Shown here: positions 39,963 to 51,956 of the stretch, piece after piece
Position numbering within the stretch: the first letter of the stretch is position 1
How the letters are laid out: every line of letters begins with the position of its first letter
DNA from: Dimorphilus gyrociliatus
Lineage: Eukaryota > Animalia > Annelida
Direction: 5' to 3'
NCBI GenBank assembly: GCA_904063045.1
Contig: CAJFCJ010000024.1
Span: 739,777-803,776, forward strand
DNA length: 64,000 nucleotides
Position numbers and translations under genes: made by a program
The notes under the pieces: generated by a model
What the model saw: the letters and a program-made list of their open reading frames with translations, nothing else
The model's database searches: none
What the model was told of the DNA's origin: nothing

Positions 39963-40799
39963 GCGAAGGAATAGTATTGTCAAATGTTTGTTCTTGAATG
40001 AATGGCTTAGCTTTATAGTTCAACGGATCAGTACTGTTTTAAACAGATGTCTCTACAATAGTTTTTTTTATTAAATCCTATATGTAAATTTAAAACAACG
40101 CTTTCTTCTTATCTTCTCTCATTCTTTTCATTGTTTATACAAAAATTGACTTAAATTAAGGAAAGAAAGAAGAAAACTTTATATCTCTTTTCTTTCAAGA
40201 TACTTAATTAATTAATTAATCTAGTAAACAAAGAAAGACATACTTAAACTACTCTTCAAAAGTGTGTCACTCCCTCCTAAATCCCTTAAACTCTTTTATC
40301 AGACACTTTTAAATAAGTCACTAACGTCAATAAGCAGGGGTAATAGGCCCTATTCAATAATGCCCTAGATGAATTTTAAACTAGCTTTGAATGACACAAA
40401 AAAAAGGAGAAAAGGGTTTAATTACTTTTTTAATCATTAATATTTTTCTTTTAAAAGCAAATAGCGAAAATACGAAACTATCGTAAAAAATTTGGTTAAA
40501 AGTAAATTGAAGACAGAGATAGTAATGCTATAAAGTGGGAGGTGTGATTCAATAAGATCGTGAAGAGGGTAAGGTCTAGGATATATATATATATGAGATG
40601 TTGACGGCCTATATCGAGTTGTAGTGAGTCTAGACTTACAAAAATTTTCTCTTTATACTAAAGTTTACCGTAAGAGGGTGAATGCAAAAGTGTATGAATG
40701 TGCCCTTTGAAAAACTACCTCAAGTAGACGTATGAAAGGCTTATAGATTTTTTAGACCTGTATTGAAATCTCTCAGCCTGAGGTAGTCCGCCGTGAAGC

Positions 40800-43700
40800 A
40801 TGTTACGACTGGCTGCTTTGGCTGCCGTTCTAATTTATGTTGCCGGTTAGATAAGAAGCATGATTAATTAATACAATTTTTAATTAAATTTTATACATCT
40901 TTGATTAATTATGTGTTTTTTTCAATTTTTAAAGACGGACAAGTCCTAATAAATTGCGACTTTGAGAATAATCAATTTTGCCAAGGGACATTTCTTTTCC
41001 AGTCATGGGCAGTAGGTCGCTTCGGCTCGGATATTGGAACAATTGATACGGGTCCGGTAAATGCACCAGCTGGACGTGGAGGTAAACTAAGCACTTTTCA
41101 AGAAAACACAAGAATTTCTTTTTCTTTTGACTTTTTTTTCAATATCATAAAAAAAGGGCGGATACTATAAATATATATTGTAGAGTTTTTAGGTCATAAT
41201 CTACAATCCTTTCTCTCTTTCCGTCTTTCTCTCTTTATCTCTTTCCCTTTTCTTCCGAATCACTATTTTATGTTTCTTGAATATTATGTTTTACATTTTT
41301 TGATAAATTAAGTAATTTCAATACGATAAAATTTTGAGAAATAGGCAATTAATTCGATTGAAAAAGAAGAAATAGAAATTTTCCCACGTGATATACAATT
41401 TATTTCTATCTTATTCAAGTTTCTTGAGCAATAAAAGAAATAATAAGAAAATAAATTAATAAAAAAAGATATTTCTTCTTCTTTCTCTTCTTCTTCCTTC
41501 TCTTCCTCTTCATTTCTCTTTTTAGATAAAAGATAATATTTACGAGAAATTAAATGCAAACTAATAGATTAATTGATAATTTGTTTTCTATAAAGGTAAT
41601 TATTATGCCTACGTTACGTCGACAATCCCTGGAAATGTGGCCCGAATGAGAATAAACATAAATTCTGGTGCTTCGGTAAACAATTTTTGTTTGTCATTCT
41701 CATATAATGTATGGGGTCAGGATATTGGAGAATTTCGTGTTAAGGATAGTTCTGGTAGAAATATTTATTCACGGTCTAAAAGTAAGTTTAACACTTATTG
41801 ATTCATAATTAAGACAACATCTATAAAAGACAGCATAGACTGTATAAGGGCACACTCTTCCTTAAAGGCCTCTTTAATAACTTTTGGATTACTATAATTC
41901 ATCAGCTATTACCCTATCGCAAACTATACTGCATATATAAAACTGTTTTAATAGGTTAACCTCGAATAAACTGTATACATTGACTAAAAAGAGTCAACAA
42001 ACATAAAATAGTCCTACAACGCCCAAGATAAATAAAATTTTGAGTACTGCTTATTATGAGAGAAGAAAATAGAATGGTAACTTTGTCTTTCGGATCTTTA
42101 TTAATTGACGCTCTTTTATAGACAACTATGGATTTAGAGGAAATGGTAGATGGTATGATGTTCGTCAGAATGGTCAAACTGCAACCTTTATTGAATTTGA
42201 AGTTGAGACTGATGGTCAATATGCCGAGTTAGCCATTGATGACATTAGGGTTGTGGGTGGTGCTTGCACTCAACCAGCCCTTTTGCCGGCAGGTCCAACT
42301 TCTTTGTTCTACAATCCAACTTCTCAATTCATAAGTGGTTGGAGATCGTTGATAAATGAAAATTTTAATAACCAGCAATACAATTTTGCCAATCCATGGA
42401 CATGGACCAATTCAAACTCTGATCTATTCGTTGTTGGTACAGGTCCTAATAATGGAAGATCTAAGTACAGTGTCAACAGTTAGTATAAATGCCTAACGAT
42501 TCTTTTCATGTTAATAAATACACAATAACCTATTTTCAGACTATTATTTGTATACCAATTTCCAAAATATTCCTCAAAGTACCCAGGCTGCTTTTTCATC
42601 TCCAAACCTTAATAGCGGATCTTCTGCTGGATTCTTCAACTTCTACTATTACATTTACGGAAGACAAATGGGAAGAATGGAAATTTGGGCAGTTTCCGAT
42701 AACCAAAGAACCACTACTATTTTCACCAGACCTGCTCACGGTATGTTTGAATACTATTTGAATATGCTAATACTATTTTCAAAGTTAATACAAGCTAATT
42801 GAATATTTATACTTTCTTAGTCAATAACTATGTGGGAGAGAGAAGGTGGCAAAATATCTGCGTTAATCTACCCAGTAATACTAGATACTTTGTTGTCGTT
42901 GTTTGGAAAGGTGGTGACTTTTCTGAGTTCGGTTTCGATGCATTTACCTATGGCACTGGTGATGTATGTGCAGGTAAGATAAAATAATATTCTATATAAA
43001 ATTTATCTCATAAAAATACTTACACTAGTTCAAAGTGATGTACAAAACCCTCCTCCAAGACCTACGACTCCTGTTCCTGTACCTGTACCAGTGCCAGTAC
43101 CTGTACCAGTGCCAGTACCTGTACCAGTGCCAGTACCTGTACCAGTGCCAGTACCTGTACCAGTGCCAGTACCTGTACCAGTGCCAGTACCTGTACCAGT
43201 GCCAGTACCTGTACCAGTGCCAGTACCTGTACCAGTTCCAGTACCTGTACCAGTTCCAGTACCTGTACCTGTACCAGTACCAGTACCAGTACCAGTCCCA
43301 GTACCAGTACCAGTACCTGTACCAGTCCCAGTTCCAGTACCAGTTCCAGTACCAGTTCCAGTACCAGTTCCAGTACCAGTACCTGTACCAGTCCCAGTCC
43401 CAGTACCAGTCCCAGTCCCAGTACCAGTACCCGTACCAGTTCCGGTCCCAGTACCAGTTCCAGTGCCTGTTCCCGTTCCAGTGCCTGTGCCTGTTCCAGT
43501 GCCGGTACCTGTTCCAGTGCCTGTGCCTGCTCCAGTTCCAGTACCAGCTCCAGTGCCAGCACCTGCCCCTTCGCCTGGATCGCCAGGACATTATACACTA
43601 TGTGTGACAAAGGGAATTAGATGCTTTCAAAAAGTTAACCCTGGAAACAAACTTGATGAGATCATTGGATCAACTGGCCCTAGAGGTCGACAAGGTTTAC

Positions 43701-46150
43701 CAGGTCCACAAGGCTTTACAGGGAATATAGGTCCTGCTGGACCTGATGGACTTCAGGGTCCCCGTGGACCCTACGGATTACCTGGTGCTATTGGACCAGC
43801 CGGACCTTTGGGTGCAACAGGACCTGTAGGTCCAGAGGGTATTGCTGGCCCTCCAGGTGGTAGGGGCCCATTCGGAGCTACCGGCTTAAGAGGACTTCCA
43901 GGCGCAAAAGGATTACCTGGGGTACAAGGAGGGACAGGAAATCCGGGAAATCAAGGTCCAGTTGGGAATTTTGGTCCTCAAGGCCCTCAAGGTTTTACTG
44001 GTCCTAGGGGTATTCAAGGAAATATTGGTAATGTTGGTTCACGAGGCGTTGATGGCCCAAGAGGTAGGCAAGGTATACAAGGCCCTGCTGGTAGATCTGG
44101 CCTTCAAGGATTAGCTGGTGCTACTGGTTCATCTGGACCTATTGGCCCTCAAGGGCCTCCTGGAATCAGGGGATCACAAGGTCTTCCAGGATTACAAGGT
44201 ATGATAGGAAGAAGAGGCGCTGGAGGACCAATTGGTGTGGAAGGTGATACTGGATCAACAGGCGCTCAAGGTATTCGAGGACCTCAAGGAGGCCCCGGAC
44301 AGCCTGGACCAGTTGGTGAGCAGGGTGTCAAAGGCGTAGGAGGCCCTCGTGGGCCTCAAGGTCCCTTAGGTGTCCAAGGAGACCGAGGGGCAGTTGGACC
44401 TGGAGGTCTTCCTGGGGCAACTGGTCCTGCCGGACCTAGAGGTCCAATTGGTATTGAAGGCAAAGGAGGAGATACTGGACTTCCAGGGCCTGAAGGAATA
44501 TATGGGGCAAGTGGACCACCAGGACCTGAAGGCCCAGTGGGTGCTCCCGGTCCAAGAGGCTTTCAAGGAGAACAAGGCGCAACTGGTCCAAAAGGCACAA
44601 AAGGTGGTCCTGGAGATGTCGGCAAGAAAGGTCCTGAAGGACTTCAAGGGCCTCCGGGAGCTACTGGTTCTACTGGTTCTCGTGGCATACAGGGTAAAAA
44701 CTTTTTCATAATTACTTTCATATTTATCAATTTTATCAAACATTTAGGTGTACAAGGAATTCAAGGTCCTGTTGGTCTAAAAGGATTTACAGGGCTAGTT
44801 GGTCTTCCTGGTCCCGTCGGTCGACGAGGAAATCCTGGAATTAGTGGATTACGCGGAGAACCAGGATTTACTGGTGCAGTTGGTGGAACTGGCCTTCCAG
44901 GTCAGCAAGGACCTGATGGTCCTGTTGGAGATACAGGCCCACGAGGACCTCAGGGAGCTCGTGGTTTGCCTGGCCCTGCTGGTATAGATGGACTGCAAGG
45001 AACTGGTGGTGAAGTAGGGCCTCCAGGTGAGAAAGGCGTACAAGGAATCCAGGGTTCTATGGGAGCTACTGGAGATACTGGTCCTGATGGTAATAGAGGT
45101 AACACTGGTCAAAGTGGTCCAAGAGGTGTGATGGGAATTACAGGTAATTAAAATGAATAAAGCTTAACATAAAATTATAAGTATATTAACTAACACCTTA
45201 ACATGCTAGGTCCCCAAGGTGGTAAAGGAGTAGATGGTCCAAATGGCTTACCAGGCAGCATTGGAGCTCTAGGACCAAAGGGGGCTACAGGATTCCAAGG
45301 TCCACGTGGTTTAGCTGGAGGTCCAGGAGGTATTTACTCTCTGGAAAATGAATGTGAAAGAAACAATGGAGGCTGCGATCAAGTCTGCCACGATACTTAT
45401 GATGGATATTGTTGTGGATGTAATGCTGGATATAAGCTTCGTCCTCTTCCATCTCAATGTAACAGAGATAATTTAGACTGCTTTGAAAGTTTAACAAACG
45501 GTTATAATTGTGAATGTCGTATCGGAAATGGCCAAACCATAAGACTAAATGGAACAACATGCGATGGTTTGTTTCTGAGCATGCTTTTCTCTTCAAGTGA
45601 TTATATATTATTCATTTAACTTATTATTTCTTAGATATTGACGAATGTGCAAGTAACAACGGTGGATGCACACAAAATTGCATTAATAACCGTGGCAGCT
45701 TTACTTGCTCCTGCAATAATGGCTACAGATTGTCCAACGACGGTTTCTCTTGCTTAGGTGAGCTTTACTTTCTTTTTCTGCTGAATATATATTTCTACAT
45801 AGCTTCTGATTTCGTTAATAGATATCAACGAATGTGAAACAACTGGTAGAATTGTTTGTGGCTCTGCCATATGTCATAATACTCCAGGTAGTTTTACATG
45901 TGGTGCAGCTAACGCAGCATCTGGAGCTCTGGTAGGACAAGAAGGAGCTCTATCAGCAGCTGGTATTGGACTAGGTGAAATTATTACAATTACACTCGCT
46001 TGTGTAGTTGTGGTTGTTTTCATAAACGTCGCTGCCTTCTATGGTATTAAGCGTTTCATTAGATCAAGAAATAATAAGAAGAATATTCGAAATTGTGAAA
46101 TTGAATCCGTTTCAACTATTGCAGCAACCAATTGGCGAACTGTTGAATAA
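40800..46150 (+). CDS. Type I transmembrane collagen, 1316 aa: signal peptide, 2 MAM-like domains, (PV)76 tract, 171 Gly-X-Y, EGF/cbEGF repeats, TM, short tail; 11 exons (40800-40845, 40935-41081, 41596-41781, 42122-42469, 42540-42740, 42821-42973, 43029-44693, 44748-45143, 45210-45566, 45635-45757, 45822-46150)
   Basis: [15 protein letters not shown]; [36 protein letters not shown]; second MAM-like unit TGP..YYLY..FYYYIYG; uninterrupted Gly-X-Y; [12 protein letters not shown] and DINEC; [25 protein letters not shown] followed by KR. All 10 introns are GT-AG and phase 1. Confidence 0.88.
43070..43567 (+). repeat. Coding tandem repeat: 76 Pro-Val dipeptides then PA/PV; includes 8 perfect copies of the 18-mer CCTGTACCAGTGCCAGTA (43082-43225) plus 2 single-base variants
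   Basis: Read directly from the sequence; it explains the periodic ORFs in the other frames. Confidence 0.95.
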
Positions 46151-46733
46151 GTTCGCTATTAAATTAAAACAAATTAAATTTCAATATTTTTGGATGAAGT
46201 CTTATGAAATCAACGTTAAATAGCTTTTTGTTTTATATTCTTGAGGAAACCTAGCATTATCACTGTATATTTAGAAAGGAGCTAGAAGAGATCTATAAAT
46301 TTGGCAAATTTTTCCCTCATCCATTTTTTTTAATAAACGGACTGTTTATATTCTTAATTTTTTGTTAGCGTCTTCTAATTAAGAAGCTAAAACAATAAAA
46401 CACGTTCGAGATCCTTTGAGAAATTCTATTTTTATTTTAAGTCGAAATTTTGGCAACTTCTTTTTTTCTTAAATTTAATCGCTAAAAATCTTTAAAATTT
46501 TCCAAATAGATATTAACGATTCTTTTATTAGAAGTTAATAAAATACATACTTTATTTATGAATTTGATTTTCGAAATTTAAAAAGAATGCGGGAATAATA
46601 TTTAAATCTGGATCCGTATTCCTCTCTACAAATTGAAAATATAAAAATAATATCGATAGCTTTCCCTCTTTTCTATCTGATCATTTATGGAAATCTTCAT
46701 CCTCGAAGTTAAGAACATAGTTTCCACAATAAC

Positions 46734-47969
46734 ATGGCAGCCAAATTACCACCCGTTCCTCCTACACTTCGGTCGGTTCAGCACTATCTAAAAACGGCAA
46801 CTGAACACGATGGTCGTGATGCGGCTGTTAGCTATTATTGTTAGTAAATCGTCGCTTCGGTTGAAAATTTGACTGTTAATTAATCGATTAATTTTATTTT
46901 CATTTCTATTCTTTAGGTCGACTATATGCAGTTCAAAAATCTCTTCAAATTGATAAAAAATCACCTGACGCCGTAAAATTCATCACAACACTTATGGATC
47001 ATCTTGAACAGGTAAATTTTTTGTTTAACTATTTTACAAAAATTGCCTTCATAAGATAGTTTCCATTTCGAAAACAGTTGTCTTTTTATATAGATAGAAT
47101 GACTCAATTTTACATCTGCAAGCTTAAGTTTATTATTTCAACTTTTTATTGATGACTAACTGCTCTTTTTTTTAAAGGCCAAAAAGCAAAATGCAGACAA
47201 TGAAGCAATACACACTGAAACCATTGGTCATGCACACATTGAGCAGTATGCCCTAAAATTATTTTTATACGCGGATAATGAAGATCGATCTTCGAGATTT
47301 GGAAAGTAATAAAAAACTTATCTTTCTTTTTTAAATTATTCGAATAATTTGATTCATTACAATCTTTACAGAAATGTTGTAAAATCTTTTTACACGGCCG
47401 GTATGCTATTTGATGTTCTCGAAACTTTTGGAGAGCTAAATGACGATGTACATTTTTCTAAATAATCACTATTACTATTTTATTAATGTTCTTTAAATTT
47501 TCAGATTGAAAAAAATAGGAAATATGCTAAATGGAAAGCCACATATATACATAAATGCATTAAAGAGGGACTTCAACCACAACCTGGTCCACTAGGTAAA
47601 ATTTTTATTTAATGAACAGTTAGCAAATTAATAATTGAAAGTTGTTTAGATGAGGAAGAGCAGGAATTACATGGAGCGCCATCAGCACCAACATCGTCGT
47701 ATATTCCTCCAGACGATAGATCATCTCAATCGGCCACAGCTGCTGCTCCAACTCCCACTCCTCGAACAGCTAATAGCGTTGCCCCAACACAACCGGTGGA
47801 GTATACCCAATGGGTACCACCATCTTCTGGATCACTAAAGCCTAGTGATTTCGAGAAAGCCACTAAACAATGTAAGCACGCTATTAGTGCTATGCAGTAT
47901 GAGGATAGTGCCACTGCCGTTGAATGTCTTAATAAGGCTTTGAGATTGTTAACTACAGGAAAAGAGTAA
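46734..47969 (+). CDS. VTA1: Vacuolar protein sorting-associated protein VTA1 (ESCRT/VPS4 cofactor)
   Basis: LPPVPPTLRSVQHYLKTATEHD..VSYYCRLYA; ALKLFLYADNEDR; KYAKWKATYIH; C-terminal VSL domain (KHAISAMQYEDSATAVECLNKALRLLT). Confidence 0.95.
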
Positions 47970-48365
47970 TTAAGAAATTGACAAAAAAGACGGAAAGATG
48001 GTCCTAGCTATAATATTGTCTTAATTTCCATACACATTCAAATCAAACTATACTTTTGATCTGTAAATTTAGTGTAATTGGTTAAATTTTACCAGAAAAA
48101 TACACCATAAGTTTAATTCATTTTTATGATAATCTCTCTTTAATTGATTCTTATTTTCAAGATTATTTAAAAATATATAGGTACGTCTGAGAAATAATAA
48201 TTTCCCGTTCAATAAAACAATTTATGCCTTAGCTATTAAAATACTATTTATACATTTTTCCTACTTAATTCAATTCAGCTTTTCAAAAAAAAGTCCTGGA
48301 AGCTTTCTGTATTCTGATAGGCAACATGTGTTTTCCAAATAACCAATCAGTACGCATAAATTAGT

Positions 48366-48380
48366 CAAGTAGGTGGCGTT
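48366..48380 (+). promoter_or_regulatory. CTCF-like motif CAAGTAGGTGGCGTT, with a CCAAT box (about 48342), in the CREB3L promoter
   Basis: Motif matches about 110-150 bp upstream of the CREB3L ATG. Confidence 0.4.
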
Positions 48381-48491
48381 TTTTGAATACTGACTTCCGA
48401 AAGTTCTTTAAATCAGTACTATGAATTGAATCGTAGGAGAAATTAAAAAGTTACTTTTCGGAAATTTATACTGAAATTAACGAAATACATT

Positions 48492-49453
48492 ATGGAAAAC
48501 AACGCATTTCCCTGTATCCTAGGAGACGAATGGCATTCAAGTAGTAAAAGCGTAAGTAGAACTAATCTTATAACTCGGTTTTTAAAGATATCTCTAATGT
48601 ATTTAATTTTTTTATATGTCTGGAATATTTAAAGCTATAAAAACGGGCATATATAATTATTATACATTTATTTTTATCCTTAATAATCAAGTAATGTACT
48701 TATTATATAAAACCATTTACCAACAATTGATAGTACAGATTAATATATATATATATACATATATTTGTGAGTTGAACAGATATGATAGATAGATATGTGC
48801 ACATATTAAATTAGCATATAATTAAAGCTGAGAGATACATATCCAAGAAATACGACAGAAGAGCACATTAAAATAAAAGATTCGATAAAAAATGCTTATG
48901 ATTAAATAATGATATATAATATAAAAACTACTGAACACTCAGGTCTATGTAATTGATAAAGATGAAAGAATTTATCCGTAAATTACATCTTCTAATTTGT
49001 TTAGTTTTTAATTTTACATATAGCTTTTTATGGGAATATCATAAGTATTCTTTGAAATGTCTCAATACATGTATTTCTGTAATTCCTTAGAAATCAAGAC
49101 TGAGGAAAATGGCTTCTTCATATTATTCTGTCCTTTTTTATATATATGTACATTATAAAACACATGACCTAGCTTCTAAAGAGTTGATTTGTTTTTACTC
49201 AAATTAGTCCTACCAGACTCATCGGATGAGTAAAGTTTAGTTTTTTTTTCTTCATTTTTTTTTTTAATAATCTTTCTTTTGCTTTTCATTTCATAAATAT
49301 TCAGTTTTGTCTATTCAAATTTCAATTATAAGAAACCTAAGTAAATTTTGAAAGTACATATCTTAATTCATAGGCTTACTGGTAAAATGAATAGTTGAGC
49401 AACTAGTGTACTTTTGACAGAAAAGGAAATGCAGCATAATTAATATGTTAGAA

Positions 49454-49497
<44 letters not shown>

Positions 49498-51237
49498 TAT
49501 CGTCTATTCGTCAGGCAATTAGTAGACTGTTTGGCAAAGGCCTATCACATTCGTATTGAGTATCGGTTTTAGAGTTTAATTATCTTATGATATGTGAGTA
49601 TATACATATATAATTATGTCTGTTATTAAATTTGAATAGGAAACGGAAGACAATTGGTTGGAAGATTTGCTAAATGATCCAATATTGAACCAACCAATGG
49701 AGGAGCCGATAGTAACGAATGAACATAGTTATAGTGCAACCAAAGAAAACGAGATCTTTGAGATTAAGAGAGAAACGTCTACGGATTCTGAAGAAGAACT
49801 GGACGTAACAAATTGCTATCACGAAAGTAAAGCATTTGGTTATTATTTAAAATACTTCTTAAAGTAAAATATATTAATTTCAAATTTATATACACATATA
49901 TATGTATAAATATATATAGCTGCTCAACTTCCCCCAACTCCTCCAAGTGATGATAGTTCAATAATAAATACGGTGGAAACCATTCCCAAGTATTACGGGA
50001 CGCCAGCTAAACTTACTCACCACAATAGTCATCACCAACCATACATTCAACCTGTATTCGTTAGTCCAGTAGGTATCCAGTTTCAATTTGAAAAAGATAA
50101 GAGAATGGTGTTAAACTAATAATAGTAATAATAATAAGCTAACAGGAAGAGAGAGAGAGGATGATTTATTTAAAAATATTTATATTTATATCAATATTAT
50201 GAAATAGTATAAAGTTCTAGCGTCTCAAATTAGTTTTGAATGAGTTAAAAAAAAGCGCAGATGTTATCGATTTAATAAGTTTAACTGAATCTACGTCAGA
50301 AATTAAAACAGCTGCAGCAAGTGGCACATGTTAAACTTAATTGATTTTTATAACTGTAAAAAGGAATTTCATCAGATTCCAACATCCGGAGTATTGATTC
50401 TTACTGACGAGGAGAAGAGAACTTTAATTCAAGAAGGATTTCCTATACCTACTAAATTACCATTGACTAAACAAGAAGAAAAAAATCTTAAGAAGATTAG
50501 AAGGAAGATAAAGAATAAAATATCAGCTCAAGAATCGAGAAGAAAAAAGAAAGAGTATGTGGATAATCTGGAAAAACGTATGGAGGATTTCGTTCAGGAG
50601 AATCACGACCTGAAGAGAAAAGTTGAAAGCTTAGAAAACCATAATAAGTCTTTACTCCAGCAACTGACAACGTTACAATCAGTTGTAACAAGCTCAGGTT
50701 GTTCTCAGACGGCCGGAACTTGCTTTATGGTAAATACATGTACAGCATATTGTATATATACAGCATATACAAATTTGATTTTTTAAGTAAATAGATGAAT
50801 TTATTAAATATTTTTAATATTTTTCACACCAGGTTATTGTCCTCTGTTTTGCTTTCTTTATCGGTGGATTCTCACCTTTGAAAGCGCCATGGAATATTGG
50901 ATATTCTATTAATCCTTCATTTAAAGAATCTAAACAACCATTTATGCCATCCCCAAATATTCGTATTGAAATGGGACCAAAGCTTGTTGATGCAAAGATT
51001 GATGCTTATTTAATTTTTCTGGGTAAAAACATTAGCGTATATTCATAGTCGTACGTATCTCTATAACGCCCTCTTCTTATGACAGGTCAAGGTAGGCTTC
51101 TCGAGGAAAGAGGACCGCTGCTACCATCACATGTTGCAAGAAACGTAAGAGATCAATGCCTAGCGCCATCTAGCTCTCCAAATGTTCCTAATACCACTTT
51201 TTCGTTATCATCAAATGTGACAATAGTTTTATCTTAA
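48492..51237 (+). CDS. CREB3L: ER membrane-bound bZIP transcription factor, CREB3-like (CREB3L1/2, CrebA family); the middle exon is not fully resolved
   Basis: EHSYS and LPPTPPS motifs; [53 protein letters not shown] bZIP; GTCFMVIVLCF TM; RLLE S1P-type site; luminal N-glycosylation sequons. Confidence 0.92.
49457..49494. repeat. (TA)n microsatellite; many others occur, e.g. near 1160, 13270, 13520, 16230 and 35020
   Basis: Direct dinucleotide repeat. Confidence 0.95.
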
Positions 51238-51754
51238 GATCTATATTTTTTTCCTATCAGATGTTTAAACTGTTTTTGAGCGATACGTTAAAATCGACCG
51301 GAAAACGTACTTTGTTTATCTTAATATTATTATTTAAGACTAGAAATATTCAATGAAATTGAACAAAATTACTCTCAAATTAATAAAGAGAAAATATAAG
51401 AGAAAAACTTCATATTTATACATATACGTATACATATATATACATATATATAGTATATACATATATATGTATACAGCATATACTTCAGTTCATAAGTTAT
51501 TATTCTGTAAGTGTTGACTGCAAAATATAGATATTAAAAAAAATATTTGAAGCACAAAAAAAGACACAAAAACTGAATATTTGCCAAAATATTTGTGAAT
51601 GCCAAAAAAAATGGGATAATATTGTTAATTTATATAAAATACAGTATTTTTAGTCCCTTTCTCATTATTTTATTCAATTATCAGTTGGCTGATAAATTAT
51701 CTTTTTGTTTATATAGTAATTTAATGTGTACGGGATTTAGTACACATGCATGCA

Positions 51755-51785
51755 TACATACATACATACATACATACATACATAC
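51755..51785. repeat. (CATA)n tetranucleotide repeat between the convergent 3' ends of CREB3L and VPS35
   Basis: catacatacatacatacatacatacatac. Confidence 0.9.
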
Positions 51786-51956
51786 TTGTAATTATTATTA
51801 ACCTATTATGCGTACTGTAAGCATGAGTGTAAATGGCTGCTGAACTGATATTCAAAATACATGCTTTCTTATACATAAAATAAAAAGTACTACATCAAAC
51901 ATTCTTTCAACAGTCAGCGATATACAAACATAAAATTAGAGAGTAATATTCCTATT

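Noticed and set aside
43025-43610. Long periodic ORFs in other frames (WYRYWH, YLYQCQ and VLALVQ repeats) and a CRISPR-like look
   Set aside because: These are shadows of the (PV)n hexamer/18-mer repeat. Only the PV frame splices in phase to the MAM and collagen exons. There are no unique spacers and no cas genes.
44694-44747. Hydrophobic interruption [17 protein letters not shown] in the collagen ORF
   Set aside because: It is a 54-nt GT-AG intron that happens to be in frame with no stop; removing it restores perfect Gly-X-Y.
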